Virus record (IMG/VR): IMGVR_UViG_3300028024_000013
Coordinates: 1-52,313 of that record
Length of the DNA: 52,313 nucleotides
Strand: one strand, 5' to 3'
Source: a virus
Lineage: Duplodnaviria > Caudoviricetes
The notes beneath the pieces are model-generated. The model saw only the letters and a program-made list of their open reading frames with translations, was not told the origin of the DNA and did no database searches. Position numbers and translations under genes: made by a program. How positions within the stretch are numbered: position 1 is the stretch's first letter; every line of letters begins with the position of its first letter. Shown here piece by piece: positions 43,668 through 52,313 of the stretch.

Positions 43668-44305
43668 GCGAACCACGCCTCTTCATTCGTGATACGGAGC
43701 GACACCTGCGAGTTGACGGCAGAGCCCACCGCGGTATTGACCGGGAAGCTCGTCACGAATGCCACGAAGACCGCGACCTTCCCGTTCCGATCCGTTGCTG
43801 AGAACGTCTCGGAGACCGTCAGGCCCTTGAGTGCCCGAAGCCGCGCCTGTCCTGCGCCCGAGGCATCGACGTCGATCGTGAGCGATCCCTGCCCGCTATC
43901 GGGGATATCGATCACATACTCTCTTCGACGCGAGTCCTGATTCGTCACATCGATTTCAGGCGTCGTGCCTTCAAAGAGTGACGACCCTTTCAGGTTCTCG
44001 ATGCGCGTCATGGTCTTCGACGTTGCCGTGCCGCCTGAGGTGTAGGCGGTGTAGGTCGTGCCATCCACGCCCTTCAGCTCGAAGGTGTTGGTGGCCTGAT
44101 TGGCGATCACGAACGAGCGACCGTTTAGTTCGATCATGCCGCCGAGACTGTCGAGCGCGACTACTGTTCCGTTCGCGAGCCCGTGTGCGGTCGAGGTGAT
44201 CACGACCGGATTCGCGGCCGTCGCTCCGGTGATGGTTTTGGGCGATCCGTTGGCGGTCGCCACGCGGATCACGTAGTCCTTCGAGGAAATTGCCGTTGAA
44301 GGCAT
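43664..44305 (-). CDS. Major tail tube protein with inserted beta-barrel (E1-FCCH-like) domain
   Basis: ITGATAANPVVITSTAHGL..G...GMIELNG insert; EIDVT...EYVIDIPDSG tube motif. Confidence 0.8.
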   Translation of the reverse strand: MPSTAISSKDYVIRVATANGSPKTITGATAANPVVITSTAHGLANGTVVALDSLGGMIELNGRSFVIANQATNTFELKGVDGTTYTAYTSGGTATSKTMTRIENLKGSSLFEGTTPEIDVTNQDSRRREYVIDIPDSGQGSLTIDVDASGAGQARLRALKGLTVSETFSATDRNGKVAVFVAFVTSFPVNTAVGSAVNSQVSLRITNEEAWFA

Positions 44306-44323
44306 GGGGGTCACTCCAGAACG

Positions 44324-44346
44324 AAAAAGCCCGCACTAAGGCGGGC
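44324..44346 (-). terminator. Intrinsic terminator before the major tail gene
   Basis: GCCCGC-CTTAGT-GCGGGC-TTTTT. Confidence 0.75.
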
Positions 44347-44368
44347 CGGTGTGAAAGAAATGAATCGA

Positions 44369-44809
44369 TTACTGCGGGTCGCCGTTGTCCATCTGATAGC
44401 GCGCATTCCAGCGGCAGGTCAGCGCGCCCAGCGTGCGTTCGCCCTGAACAACGATGGGCGCATCCGCTCCGCCGTAGCGGATTTCCCAGAGAAACAGGAG
44501 GCCAAGCGACATGTCCGCCATCAGCGAGATATGCACCTGAGAGCGCATCTGCAGAAGCGTCGTGAGCACCTCCTGCTCGGTGTCGCCCGCGCAGTAGGCC
44601 GTGAACACCATCTCGAGCGAACTGCCGAGAGACTCGAACGTCTCCGATTCGTCCGGCGCATCCGGGCCGTAGTTGATCGTGAGCGCCGGCAGTTCCTGCT
44701 CTTCTTCAGCCAGCGAGCGAATGCGGTTCACTTCGGTCAATGCAACCAGATTCGGATTCGCGATACAGACTGCCGCCGCTGCATCCAGAATCTGCTGAAC
44801 CCTGTGCAT
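44369..44809 (-). CDS. Tail terminator (gpU-like)
   Basis: HRVQQI...ELPALTI...; position before the tail tube gene. Confidence 0.65.
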   Translation of the reverse strand: MHRVQQILDAAAAVCIANPNLVALTEVNRIRSLAEEEQELPALTINYGPDAPDESETFESLGSSLEMVFTAYCAGDTEQEVLTTLLQMRSQVHISLMADMSLGLLFLWEIRYGGADAPIVVQGERTLGALTCRWNARYQMDNGDPQ

Positions 44810-45099
44810 CAGGCCCTCAGCACAACCGTCGTCCAGCCTGGCGCAGGCAGATCGCGCTCGATGCGCAGCACGCGGAAGTTTCCGCCCTGCACAATGAGGT
44901 CGGTGCCCTTGACCAGATCGGTGACATCGCTCGAACGACAGGCGAGCGCAGGCGAACGCGATTCAATATCGAGCTCGCCCATGCTCACCCCATCGTATTG
45001 ACGGTCGAAGATCGCCCAGAACGTGGGCAGGTCGGAAAGAACGGCGACGCCGCCGAGCGCCTTGATGGCTTCAAGACGATCGGCGTCGATCTCCATCAC
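44809..45099 (-). CDS. Head-tail joining/closure protein
   Basis: AIFDRQY...P...C.SSDV...G..L......F.V..IE.D..GW..VVL. Confidence 0.7.
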   Translation of the reverse strand: MMEIDADRLEAIKALGGVAVLSDLPTFWAIFDRQYDGVSMGELDIESRSPALACRSSDVTDLVKGTDLIVQGGNFRVLRIERDLPAPGWTTVVLRA

Positions 45100-45476
45100 A
45101 CGACGTGCTTCTTGCCGGCCGCGACGACGCTGATCAGCGACGGTCCGGTGGCAATCGTTCCGACGTAGCCGAGGAATCCACCGACGACCTTCTTCGGGTC
45201 GACAGCGATCGTCGAGGAACTGTTCGCTGTGTTGGTACCGAAGGTGTACCCGGTGATGTCCGCCGCGCCGGTACCGTTCGCGTCACTTGCTGATTGCAGT
45301 TTCCCGGCGATGGTGCCGGTGACTGCGCCCAGCTGCTGAATGACGAGAATCTCGCCGTCGTATACGCGGACGTCGAGCCATTTGGCAGAGCCGCTCGTCG
45401 CGGCCGCCGTGTTGGCCGCAGACACCGCATCGATCAGTGAGGTGGCGGTTGCTGCAGAAGCTTGACTCAGAAGCAT
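45096..45476 (-). CDS. Putative head decoration protein
   Basis: 126 aa, beta-rich (KLQSASDANGTGAADI); just downstream of the capsid gene. Confidence 0.55.
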   Translation of the reverse strand: MLLSQASAATATSLIDAVSAANTAAATSGSAKWLDVRVYDGEILVIQQLGAVTGTIAGKLQSASDANGTGAADITGYTFGTNTANSSSTIAVDPKKVVGGFLGYVGTIATGPSLISVVAAGKKHVV

Positions 45477-45477
45477 G

Positions 45478-45681
45478 CTATTTCTCCTTCTTGCCGGTCT
45501 TTGTTTCCGGCACAGACTTGAACTCGGGGGTCTCGATCTTCACCGGCTCGTCTTTCACTTCTTCGACGGCCTTGATGGAGATGAGGAATTGACCTGTCGC
45601 GGCATCCAGGTCTGCGGTCTCGGGCGGCACCAGATTCCGCCCAGGACCAATGCAAACACCGCGTAGTGCGCGGCACTTCAC
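45478..45681 (-). CDS. Hypothetical head-associated protein
   Basis: 67 aa after the MCP; acidic/basic tail. Confidence 0.5.
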   Translation of the reverse strand: MKCRALRGVCIGPGRNLVPPETADLDAATGQFLISIKAVEEVKDEPVKIETPEFKSVPETKTGKKEK

Positions 45682-47589
45682 TTACGAGAGGTCCGTGCCG
45701 ACCACGAACGCCTGCGGGTAGCGCAGCATGATGTCGACCATCCACATCGCGCGGATGCCGACCTGCGCCGTGTTGAAGCGCGTGCCGCCGTTGTCGGTGG
45801 AGAGTTCCAGAACGCCCCACTCGCCGATCACCAGTTCGTCCCATGAACCGAAGATGATGTTGGCCGAGGCCAGCTGTTCCGAAGACATCGCACGGAAACC
45901 GACCAGCCGACCATCTAGAAGGTCGCCTTCCCACAGCGGACTATCGGTGCTCGTGAAGCGCTGGCGCTGCATGGCGATCGCTGCGCCCGCGATATTCGTC
46001 ACCCAGCCCGGATTGCCGCGAATCGCATTGACCGCACCAGCCGCCACCGGGAATGCCAGAGCTTTGGTGTAGGAGAAGGTGCTGGCGCTCTGGCCCGTCG
46101 TGACACCGGTCGTGTTCTTGATGCCGAGCGGCTGAGCACCGCCAGTGCCGTTGATGGACGCATTGTCCACACCATCGATTGCGACGTCAGCCGCGAGATC
46201 CGCCATCACGAACGCTTCGGCCGAAGGAGACGACTGCGCGAGCAACTGCTCAGACACGTCCGTGATCGCGATACAGGTCTTCGGCGTCATGCTGAGCTGA
46301 CCGAGCGTCTGGTCGGCCGCGGTCACACTCGTGCCTTCACCGGCCTGCCATGTCACCGTGACCTTGCCAGTCTGACGCGGGAAGATGACATTGCCCTGCA
46401 GGCCCGAAATGACACGAGCGCCCATGTTCATAGCCACGGAACGGTTCCGCAGAATGTCGATGAAGCCCATGTTCTGGACGTTGACGAGATACCCGCCCTT
46501 CGAGCCGGGCGTCGTCGCCATGGCGCGAGAAGCCGCCTCTCCGAGAGGACGCTGAAGCACTTCTGAGGGGATCAGGATGCTGGAGGTCAGCTCGCGACCG
46601 AGTCTCTTGCCGACTGCGTTCGAGCACTCGATCTCGTACGCCGCCTCCTCGATCAGCTTCGGACGCTGGCCGCCGAAGCGCAGCGCGCGAACGGCACGGA
46701 ACAGACTGAACCGATCCGCTTCACGAGCGGAGAGACCCAGCGCTGCCGCCTGCATCGGATTCTGACGGCCGCGTGCTTCCATGACATCCAGAATCTGGCT
46801 CGCTACGCCGGCTTCGACGACTCGCCCGTTGGCGTCGCGAACGTCGACGAGTTGCGTACCTTCAGCGATCCAGCGCGCTTCGACGCGAGCATCGATCTTG
46901 TTGGCCTTGCACAGATTCTGAATCGCCTGCCGGCGCTCGTTTTCTGCCTGAGTTGCACTGATCTTGGGGTCGGCGCTTGCGCCCGCCGCGGCATTTGCTT
47001 CGGCCATTGAAGGCTCCTTGGATGTGGCGGTTAACGCCGGGATAGAAACTTCGCGAGATGTCTCCGCAGGGGCAGGAGACGAAGAAGCCGCCTCAAGGGC
47101 GGCTTCAGTGGGGTGAGTTGTTTCGCCGGTTGGTCCGGCATCTGGCGGCAAGACGACAGCCCGTCCCACGCCAACCGTCGTATCTGCCGGGACCGGAACG
47201 ATGCTGTTCTCGATCGGCTCCCAGTCCGTGGAGCGATAGGTATCCATCTCGTCATCGGTGGATTCGAGTCGCATTGCGTGCACTCGATACCCTACGGATG
47301 TATTCGAACGAATACCGTCATCGACGTCGGCGAGGATGTCGCTCGCCAGTTGCGTGCGACTGAACCGCCCATTTCCGCGACCGACACGATCGGCGCCGAT
47401 GATCGCGGAATCCATCACACCGATCTGCTGACGCATGTCGTGATTCAGAAGAAGCGGCGCGCGTCCGCTATTCATGAAATCCATGCGCACGGACTTCGGA
47501 GAATGATCGAGAATCTCACGGCCGAACCAACGCTCGACAGGAGCCTCGGATGAGAACGACATCGCTCGCGAGCGGCCCTTCTCACTCAT
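45682..47589 (-). CDS. Fused HK97-type prohead protease and major capsid protein
   Basis: FSSEAPVERWFGREILDH, PLLLNHD, SVGYRV, ENSIVPVPAD (protease); GGYLV...PRQTG...LSMTPK...GTG..QPLGI (HK97 MCP); likely start MSEKG at 47589. Confidence 0.92.
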   Translation of the reverse strand: MSEKGRSRAMSFSSEAPVERWFGREILDHSPKSVRMDFMNSGRAPLLLNHDMRQQIGVMDSAIIGADRVGRGNGRFSRTQLASDILADVDDGIRSNTSVGYRVHAMRLESTDDEMDTYRSTDWEPIENSIVPVPADTTVGVGRAVVLPPDAGPTGETTHPTEAALEAASSSPAPAETSREVSIPALTATSKEPSMAEANAAAGASADPKISATQAENERRQAIQNLCKANKIDARVEARWIAEGTQLVDVRDANGRVVEAGVASQILDVMEARGRQNPMQAAALGLSAREADRFSLFRAVRALRFGGQRPKLIEEAAYEIECSNAVGKRLGRELTSSILIPSEVLQRPLGEAASRAMATTPGSKGGYLVNVQNMGFIDILRNRSVAMNMGARVISGLQGNVIFPRQTGKVTVTWQAGEGTSVTAADQTLGQLSMTPKTCIAITDVSEQLLAQSSPSAEAFVMADLAADVAIDGVDNASINGTGGAQPLGIKNTTGVTTGQSASTFSYTKALAFPVAAGAVNAIRGNPGWVTNIAGAAIAMQRQRFTSTDSPLWEGDLLDGRLVGFRAMSSEQLASANIIFGSWDELVIGEWGVLELSTDNGGTRFNTAQVGIRAMWMVDIMLRYPQAFVVGTDLS

Positions 47590-47782
47590 GATCGTTCTCG
47601 ACTGTTCCGCCTGCGGCATAGAGCACGCAATCACGTTTCATGAACTCAGGCGCGTGCCGTGTTCGGAAAGCATTGGCCTGCTCTTCCGTAACGTTGTCGA
47701 GCGCGAGTTCACGGCCGTTCGGAAATGTGAGCACGGCACGCCTTTTCTCGGCGTCGTAACTCATCTGGATCGTGTCGCTCAT
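47582..47782 (-). CDS. Hypothetical protein between portal and capsid
   Basis: 66 aa; overlaps both neighbours. Confidence 0.55.
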   Translation of the reverse strand: MSDTIQMSYDAEKRRAVLTFPNGRELALDNVTEEQANAFRTRHAPEFMKRDCVLYAAGGTVENDHE

Positions 47783-49389
47783 TTGGCTACCTTCAGAGAC
47801 GAAAAACCCCGCGCGGGCGGGGTTGGTTCAGAAGAGGATTGATTCGGTTGTGGCGGTGGTGCCTGTGCCGCGGGGTCTGGTTGCGCTGCCCCTGTGCCCG
47901 CGGTCTGCTCCGGATTCGTATCGAGCACGAGACCTGCCTCGTCGAGCATTTCGAGTTCGCGCTCGCGCTGCTCGATCAGGTCCTCGATGTCCGAGCCCTG
48001 ATTGACGAGCACGTCCTGCAGGGTCTTGAAGCCTGCCCGGACGGCATCCTTGTCTGCCTGCACTTCCTTCGTCGGGTCGACGTAGACCCAGCCGCGGGTA
48101 CGGAACTGCGCGGCTTCGTAGCGCTTCGGCTCGAGTGCGTAGGCCATGAGCGGAATCGTCGTCATGACCTGCGCATACATGGCCTGTCGAAGCCATTCCC
48201 TGTGGATCACCTCGCGGAACTCGCGGATGAACCACTGCTGGATGTCCTTCCACGAGTCGCGATCATCGTTCAGGGACAACTTCAGCGGCGAGTAGTCGGC
48301 CTGGCTGTAGTCGCCCGACAGGGATGCATAGTTGACGCCGATACCCACTGCGACCTCGCGCTTCTTCTCGCGCATGAAGTCCGCGTACTGGGGATTCGGA
48401 GAATTCATCGGCCCAGCCGAAAGCTTCTCGCCGGGATTCAGGCGCTTGTAGGTCCCAGGTTCGACCTGCATCTCATATGAGCCATCGCTCTGCTGTTCGG
48501 AGAATGACGAGGCGTCTTCCGGCGTCTCAATGGCTCCGTTCACACACGCCTGACTGCGCGCACGAGTGATCTCCGCCTCCGCGTAGCCGCCCATGTCATT
48601 CACGGTCTCAGCCACCGCATGGAGCCACGGCTCACCACGGGTCTGCGGCCAACGATCGATACGGGCGAGATGAATGATCTGCTCCGCCAGAACGCGCTCG
48701 ACCTGATCGCGCTGCACGGTCCCGATCCAGCGATCCTCGTTCGGATGCGCACGGCGGATGTAGTAGGCGACCGGGCGGAAGAAACGGTCCACCTCTACGC
48801 CCATGCGGATCTGGTTGCCGTCCGCCACCTGAAGCGTCGCGAAGTCGACGTTGTCGGCAATCCGCTCCGCCTCGATCACTTCGAGCGCGTACGGGATGTC
48901 CGAATCGGGCATCTTCGTGAAGTGCCGGCGGATAAAGACTTCACCCGCATCGAACACCTGCCCGATCAGGAAGCGCTCCATGTCGGGCAGACTGAGCCGG
49001 CCTCCGGTGTGGCAGTACTTGGCACAGCTCCACTCGCAGAACTTCTCTTCGATCTCGTCATTGACGCGCTTGTTGAACTCGTCACGCGTCGTCTTCACCT
49101 GCGCCTGCAGACGGATTCCGCAGCCGATGATGTTGTTGATCGTGATCTTGCGGCCGCGCTTGGCGTAGGGCGAATCGCGACCTAGAGCACGGGACCGCGA
49201 ACGAAGCTCCCGAAGGCTCGTGTCGAGCTCGGCATCGGCCGACGTATTCGAAACTGTCCAGCCGCTCGTCAGACGGGACTTCTTGGCGCTCGCATACATG
49301 CGCTGTCCGCTGCCGATTGTTGACGGCACGCGCACGATCTCGGGCCTGATGCGCAAAAGTCTGCTCATCAGCGCCTGAAATCGATTCAT
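47779..49389 (-). CDS. Portal protein, lambda family
   Basis: LRSRSRAL, DAGEVF, GVEVD...PVAYYI, QTRGEPW, LSGDYSQADYS, GWVYVDPTKE. Confidence 0.95.
   Translation of the reverse strand: MNRFQALMSRLLRIRPEIVRVPSTIGSGQRMYASAKKSRLTSGWTVSNTSADAELDTSLRELRSRSRALGRDSPYAKRGRKITINNIIGCGIRLQAQVKTTRDEFNKRVNDEIEEKFCEWSCAKYCHTGGRLSLPDMERFLIGQVFDAGEVFIRRHFTKMPDSDIPYALEVIEAERIADNVDFATLQVADGNQIRMGVEVDRFFRPVAYYIRRAHPNEDRWIGTVQRDQVERVLAEQIIHLARIDRWPQTRGEPWLHAVAETVNDMGGYAEAEITRARSQACVNGAIETPEDASSFSEQQSDGSYEMQVEPGTYKRLNPGEKLSAGPMNSPNPQYADFMREKKREVAVGIGVNYASLSGDYSQADYSPLKLSLNDDRDSWKDIQQWFIREFREVIHREWLRQAMYAQVMTTIPLMAYALEPKRYEAAQFRTRGWVYVDPTKEVQADKDAVRAGFKTLQDVLVNQGSDIEDLIEQRERELEMLDEAGLVLDTNPEQTAGTGAAQPDPAAQAPPPQPNQSSSEPTPPARGFSSLKVAK
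47802..47824 (-). terminator. Terminator-like hairpin in the portal 3' end
   Basis: AACCCCGC-CCGC-GCGGGGTT-TTT. Confidence 0.5.
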
Positions 49390-49925
49390 ACGAATCTCAC
49401 CTTGATATCGCGACCCTTGGCCGCTTTTGTACCCAGTTCTTCACTCTTGACTTCGGTCCGCAGCTCCGCGCGCCACTCACGAAGCTCGGAGAGCGACCAG
49501 CGTGCGATCGAACGGCCACCGATGGACATGCTCGCCTGCGCCGTCGAGGCGTTGCCTTCGAGGAAGGCCTCGATCGCATCGAGCGTCCGGCGCGCCCACG
49601 TACGGGTATCGGTCGTGCCCGACGCCGCCGGGTCAACTTCGACTTCGACGTAGACGGATTCAGCGATGAAGACCTGCGTGCCATCGGTCACGCGGACGCG
49701 AACGAGGTAGCGACCGGGCTGATAGGTCGCGGTCGTCGTCGCATCGACCGTAAAGCGATGAGACGTGCCGTTCACAGCCGCGGGCACGTTGAACGTCCTG
49801 CCGGTCTTCTCGAAGTACGCCGTGGCAGTCCACGTGGAAGGCGGGAAGTCCGCGAACTCCCGGTCCCATACCCATGTGTTGCCGGCGATCAGAGCGGTCG
49901 GCAGGGTTGCGGGAACGTCGGGCAC
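49386..49925 (-). CDS. Head completion protein: N-terminal Ig-like domain plus gpW-like C-terminus
   Basis: LDAIEA...SMSIGGRSI...LSELREWR gpW motif; between terminase and portal. Confidence 0.75.
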   Translation of the reverse strand: MPDVPATLPTALIAGNTWVWDREFADFPPSTWTATAYFEKTGRTFNVPAAVNGTSHRFTVDATTTATYQPGRYLVRVRVTDGTQVFIAESVYVEVEVDPAASGTTDTRTWARRTLDAIEAFLEGNASTAQASMSIGGRSIARWSLSELREWRAELRTEVKSEELGTKAAKGRDIKVRFV

Positions 49926-51784
49926 TAGCGTCTCCAGGCTTTCACCCAGCCCCCACGCTGGGGAATCTGGGGTCTCTGTACAACAGGAGCCGGTGGCGGT
50001 GGCGGAGGTTCCTCCGGCTCGCTCACCACGGGCTCGACACGTTTGGGGGCAATCTTCGCGCGATGCGCGAGAAGTTCAGCGCCACCCCGCCCCAGCATCG
50101 CCGCATAGGCGTACACCGTGCCGTCGAGCGCTTCCTGTCGCACCCCTAGCTTCTTTGGCTTCCACACGCGAACGTGGCGCCCCATGCTCATCTTCGTCAC
50201 TACGACTTCGCTCGTGAGCTGATCGAAGAACTCTTCATCCACTCCGGCGTCGAAGTGGAAGTAGCCCGGGCCCGGTTGCGTCACTTTCTTCAGCCGGCCG
50301 TAGATCACGGCCTTGATGGTGTCGACACCGATCATCCACACCGCCGCCCCGGTCTTGCCCTTGCCAGCCTTCTTTGGCCAGCCCGGCCGTCCGGGACCCG
50401 CGATGCCCTTTCCAGCCCACACGCGAAAGCGCTTGCGCGCCATGCAGTAGCGATACACCTGCTCGGTGAAGTGACCACCGGAGTCGACGCACACCGCTTC
50501 GATCCCGAGCTCGCGACCGTCATCGGTCCGGAACCGGCGTCTGAGGAAATCGTCGTGCTCTTTCCAGAGCGCGCCCGACCCCGGGTCGCCTCGCAGCACC
50601 TTGTGCTCGATGCGCCAGGCTTCTTCGTCAACGCCCCAGCCGTAGAGGAAGATCTCGAGCCGGTCGTCCTGTACGTCCGTACCCACCGTCAGGAGCTGAA
50701 CTCCAGCAGGGATAGACACGGCCGTATAGGACTCGCGGCGCTCCATGAGCCCGATGGGCTCGAGCTTCTCGCCCGAGTCTTCCCAGGTCTCACCGAGCGC
50801 TTCGTTGATCCACTGCTGAAGCGTTTCCGGGAAGGCCTTTTTGTCCAGAAAGTCCCGCGCCATCTGGCCCCAGCTTGACCAGGGCGAATACAGTTCCGAG
50901 ATGTGGAACCCGGCAATGCCGTTGAACGGCTTGCTCGCCCGCCACTCTCCGCGCGCAAGCATGTCAGCCTTGGCGTTCTCTTCGATCGACGCGGCGCAAT
51001 GGACGCACTGGTAGACCGCCTGCTCCGGGGCGAGCCCGAATTCGCTCCACTTCACCTGCGCCCAGACAAGACGCTGGAACTCATTGCAGTGTGGACAGGG
51101 CACGAAGTAGTAGCGCTGGTCCGACGTCTCGAATCCCTTCTCCACTCGGCTGGAGCCCTTCACAGTCGGAGTGGAGCCCGCCAGTATCTTCCGGTTCCAG
51201 AAAGTCTTGGTGCGTACACGCCCCAGAGAGAGCGGATCGCCTGCCTGCTTCGCCGATATCGGGTACTTGTCCACCTCATCGAAAAGCGCGATCCGAATCG
51301 GTTTGGACGCAAGCGACGCCGGGGAATTCGAGATAGCTACCGCAAGCAGCCCGCCTGGAAACGTCTTGTGCCGGAGCGTGTTCGCTGTGGCGCGCGTTCT
51401 CTCGTCAGAGAACTTCCCCCTGAGGCATGGGGTGTCCCGGATCATCGGAGCCAGCCGGTCGCGTGACCAGTCGACCGCGACCTCTTCGGTCGGCTGCACC
51501 ATCAGGATCGGAGAGGGGTCCTGATCAACGTAGTAGCCGATGACGTTGTTCAGTATCTCGGTCCAGCCGACCTGCGCGGATTTCTGGACCCATATCTCAC
51601 GCACGACCGCATCGGACACGGTGTCCATGATTTCGCGCTGGTAGGGTGCCCGGTCAGTTCTCCACTCTCCGGGCTCTGCGCTGCTTTCGCTCGACAGGCG
51701 CCGCTTCGCGTCCGCCCACTGGCTCACGGTCAGTTTCGGGGGCGGTCTCAGGATCGTCGCTGACGCTCTGATCCGCTCTCGCAT
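49925..51784 (-). CDS. terL: Terminase large subunit, lambda GpA family
   Basis: KSAQVGWTE (Walker A), LFDEVD, STPT, YFVPCPHC, GTDVQDDRLE, DSGG, EALDG; start uncertain (51784 or 51886). Confidence 0.97.
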   Translation of the reverse strand: MRERIRASATILRPPPKLTVSQWADAKRRLSSESSAEPGEWRTDRAPYQREIMDTVSDAVVREIWVQKSAQVGWTEILNNVIGYYVDQDPSPILMVQPTEEVAVDWSRDRLAPMIRDTPCLRGKFSDERTRATANTLRHKTFPGGLLAVAISNSPASLASKPIRIALFDEVDKYPISAKQAGDPLSLGRVRTKTFWNRKILAGSTPTVKGSSRVEKGFETSDQRYYFVPCPHCNEFQRLVWAQVKWSEFGLAPEQAVYQCVHCAASIEENAKADMLARGEWRASKPFNGIAGFHISELYSPWSSWGQMARDFLDKKAFPETLQQWINEALGETWEDSGEKLEPIGLMERRESYTAVSIPAGVQLLTVGTDVQDDRLEIFLYGWGVDEEAWRIEHKVLRGDPGSGALWKEHDDFLRRRFRTDDGRELGIEAVCVDSGGHFTEQVYRYCMARKRFRVWAGKGIAGPGRPGWPKKAGKGKTGAAVWMIGVDTIKAVIYGRLKKVTQPGPGYFHFDAGVDEEFFDQLTSEVVVTKMSMGRHVRVWKPKKLGVRQEALDGTVYAYAAMLGRGGAELLAHRAKIAPKRVEPVVSEPEEPPPPPPAPVVQRPQIPQRGGWVKAWRR

Positions 51785-52256
51785 GCGCCGGAGTTGCGTG
51801 CTCCGACTGATAAGTAGAGAGGGATCGGAGGACCTCGTGGATCGCCTGCTCGAGACGGTCCTTCCGCTGATTGATGTCTCCATCAAGACGTGGCGCTACC
51901 TTCGTCGGCAGCCCAAGAAGCGCCGTACGTAACTCAACTAGAAACTTCTCAAGTTCTTTTTGCCAGACGCTTAATTCGCCAAGATCGCCGCGCCGCTCAG
52001 CATTCTCCAGAGCCAGCTTGTCGGCCTGCTCGGCAGAATGACGGGTACGCGCCCGATCCAGTTCCAGGCGTTCGTAGTTCTCGCTGAAGTACCATTCGAC
52101 TGCCGCTCGAAGAGAAATCTGCGTCTTGTTGCTTCCACGACCGCGTTTGCCGCGCTTCTCGACCGGAAGTCCGGCATGCGTCCACTTTCTGACAGCTTCG
52201 GGAGTGACCCGGAACAGCGTGGCGATCTCATCGAGATCGATGATGTCACTCGACAT
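51654..52256 (-). CDS. terS: Terminase small subunit, Nu1-like
   Basis: Winged HTH (EIATLFRVTPEAVRKW...GLP), ARTR...QADKLALEN..RGDL, LLGLP. Confidence 0.9.
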   Translation of the reverse strand: MSSDIIDLDEIATLFRVTPEAVRKWTHAGLPVEKRGKRGRGSNKTQISLRAAVEWYFSENYERLELDRARTRHSAEQADKLALENAERRGDLGELSVWQKELEKFLVELRTALLGLPTKVAPRLDGDINQRKDRLEQAIHEVLRSLSTYQSEHATPAHARADQSVSDDPETAPETDREPVGGREAAPVERKQRRARRVEN

Positions 52257-52301
52257 TACAAAACCAACTCATGAGAACACCGCAAGTGGACATCGATCGA
52301 G

Positions 52302-52313
52302 GGTCGAATCACC
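52302..52313. repeat. 12-bp direct terminal repeat, right copy; putative cohesive end
   Basis: Identical to positions 1-12. Confidence 0.8.

Noticed and set aside
1-52313. Diversity-generating retroelement, invertible fibre cassette, CRISPR array or transposase
   Set aside because: No reverse transcriptase, serine invertase, transposase or spaced repeat array seen. No long template/variable repeat pair was noticed by eye; a self-dotplot would be needed to exclude one fully.

Overview
The window appears to be the complete, virion-form (excised) genome of a high-GC temperate siphovirus that infects a Gram-negative, probably gammaproteobacterial, host (it carries spanins and a CsrA gene). The same 12-mer, GGTCGAATCACC, sits at both ends just upstream of a lambda Nu1/GpA-type terminase, which suggests a cohesive end. 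The attP next to a tyrosine integrase is intact, with arm repeats and a core matching a tRNA 3' end. Layout: on the minus strand, head and tail genes (52.3-36.8 kb) and a membrane-protein-rich lysis cassette (36.4-33.6 kb); on the plus strand, an early/accessory operon (21-33.6 kb: cytosine MTase-like, Bet, DUF1367/DUF1364, CsrA, xis/int/attP, GNAT); a cI/cro switch with operators (20.3-21 kb); on the minus strand, a replication/late-control block (ParB-MT-A70 plus nuclease, RusA, Q-like); and a ~14 kb cluster of fibre, glycan-binding and Ig-like genes between Q and the terminase. The main leads are: (1) the fibre cluster, which begins with a signal-peptide protein and shares repeats between separate proteins; (2) a replication protein reduced to its C-terminal domain, with a structured, G-tract-containing noncoding element where the DNA-binding domain should be; (3) several RNA-level control elements (a SymR-like antisense unit on a lipoprotein moron, a fold-back-sequestered 47-aa membrane peptide, and a G-U-rich hairpin before the GNAT). 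All family calls come from motif recognition by eye; no database searches were run.
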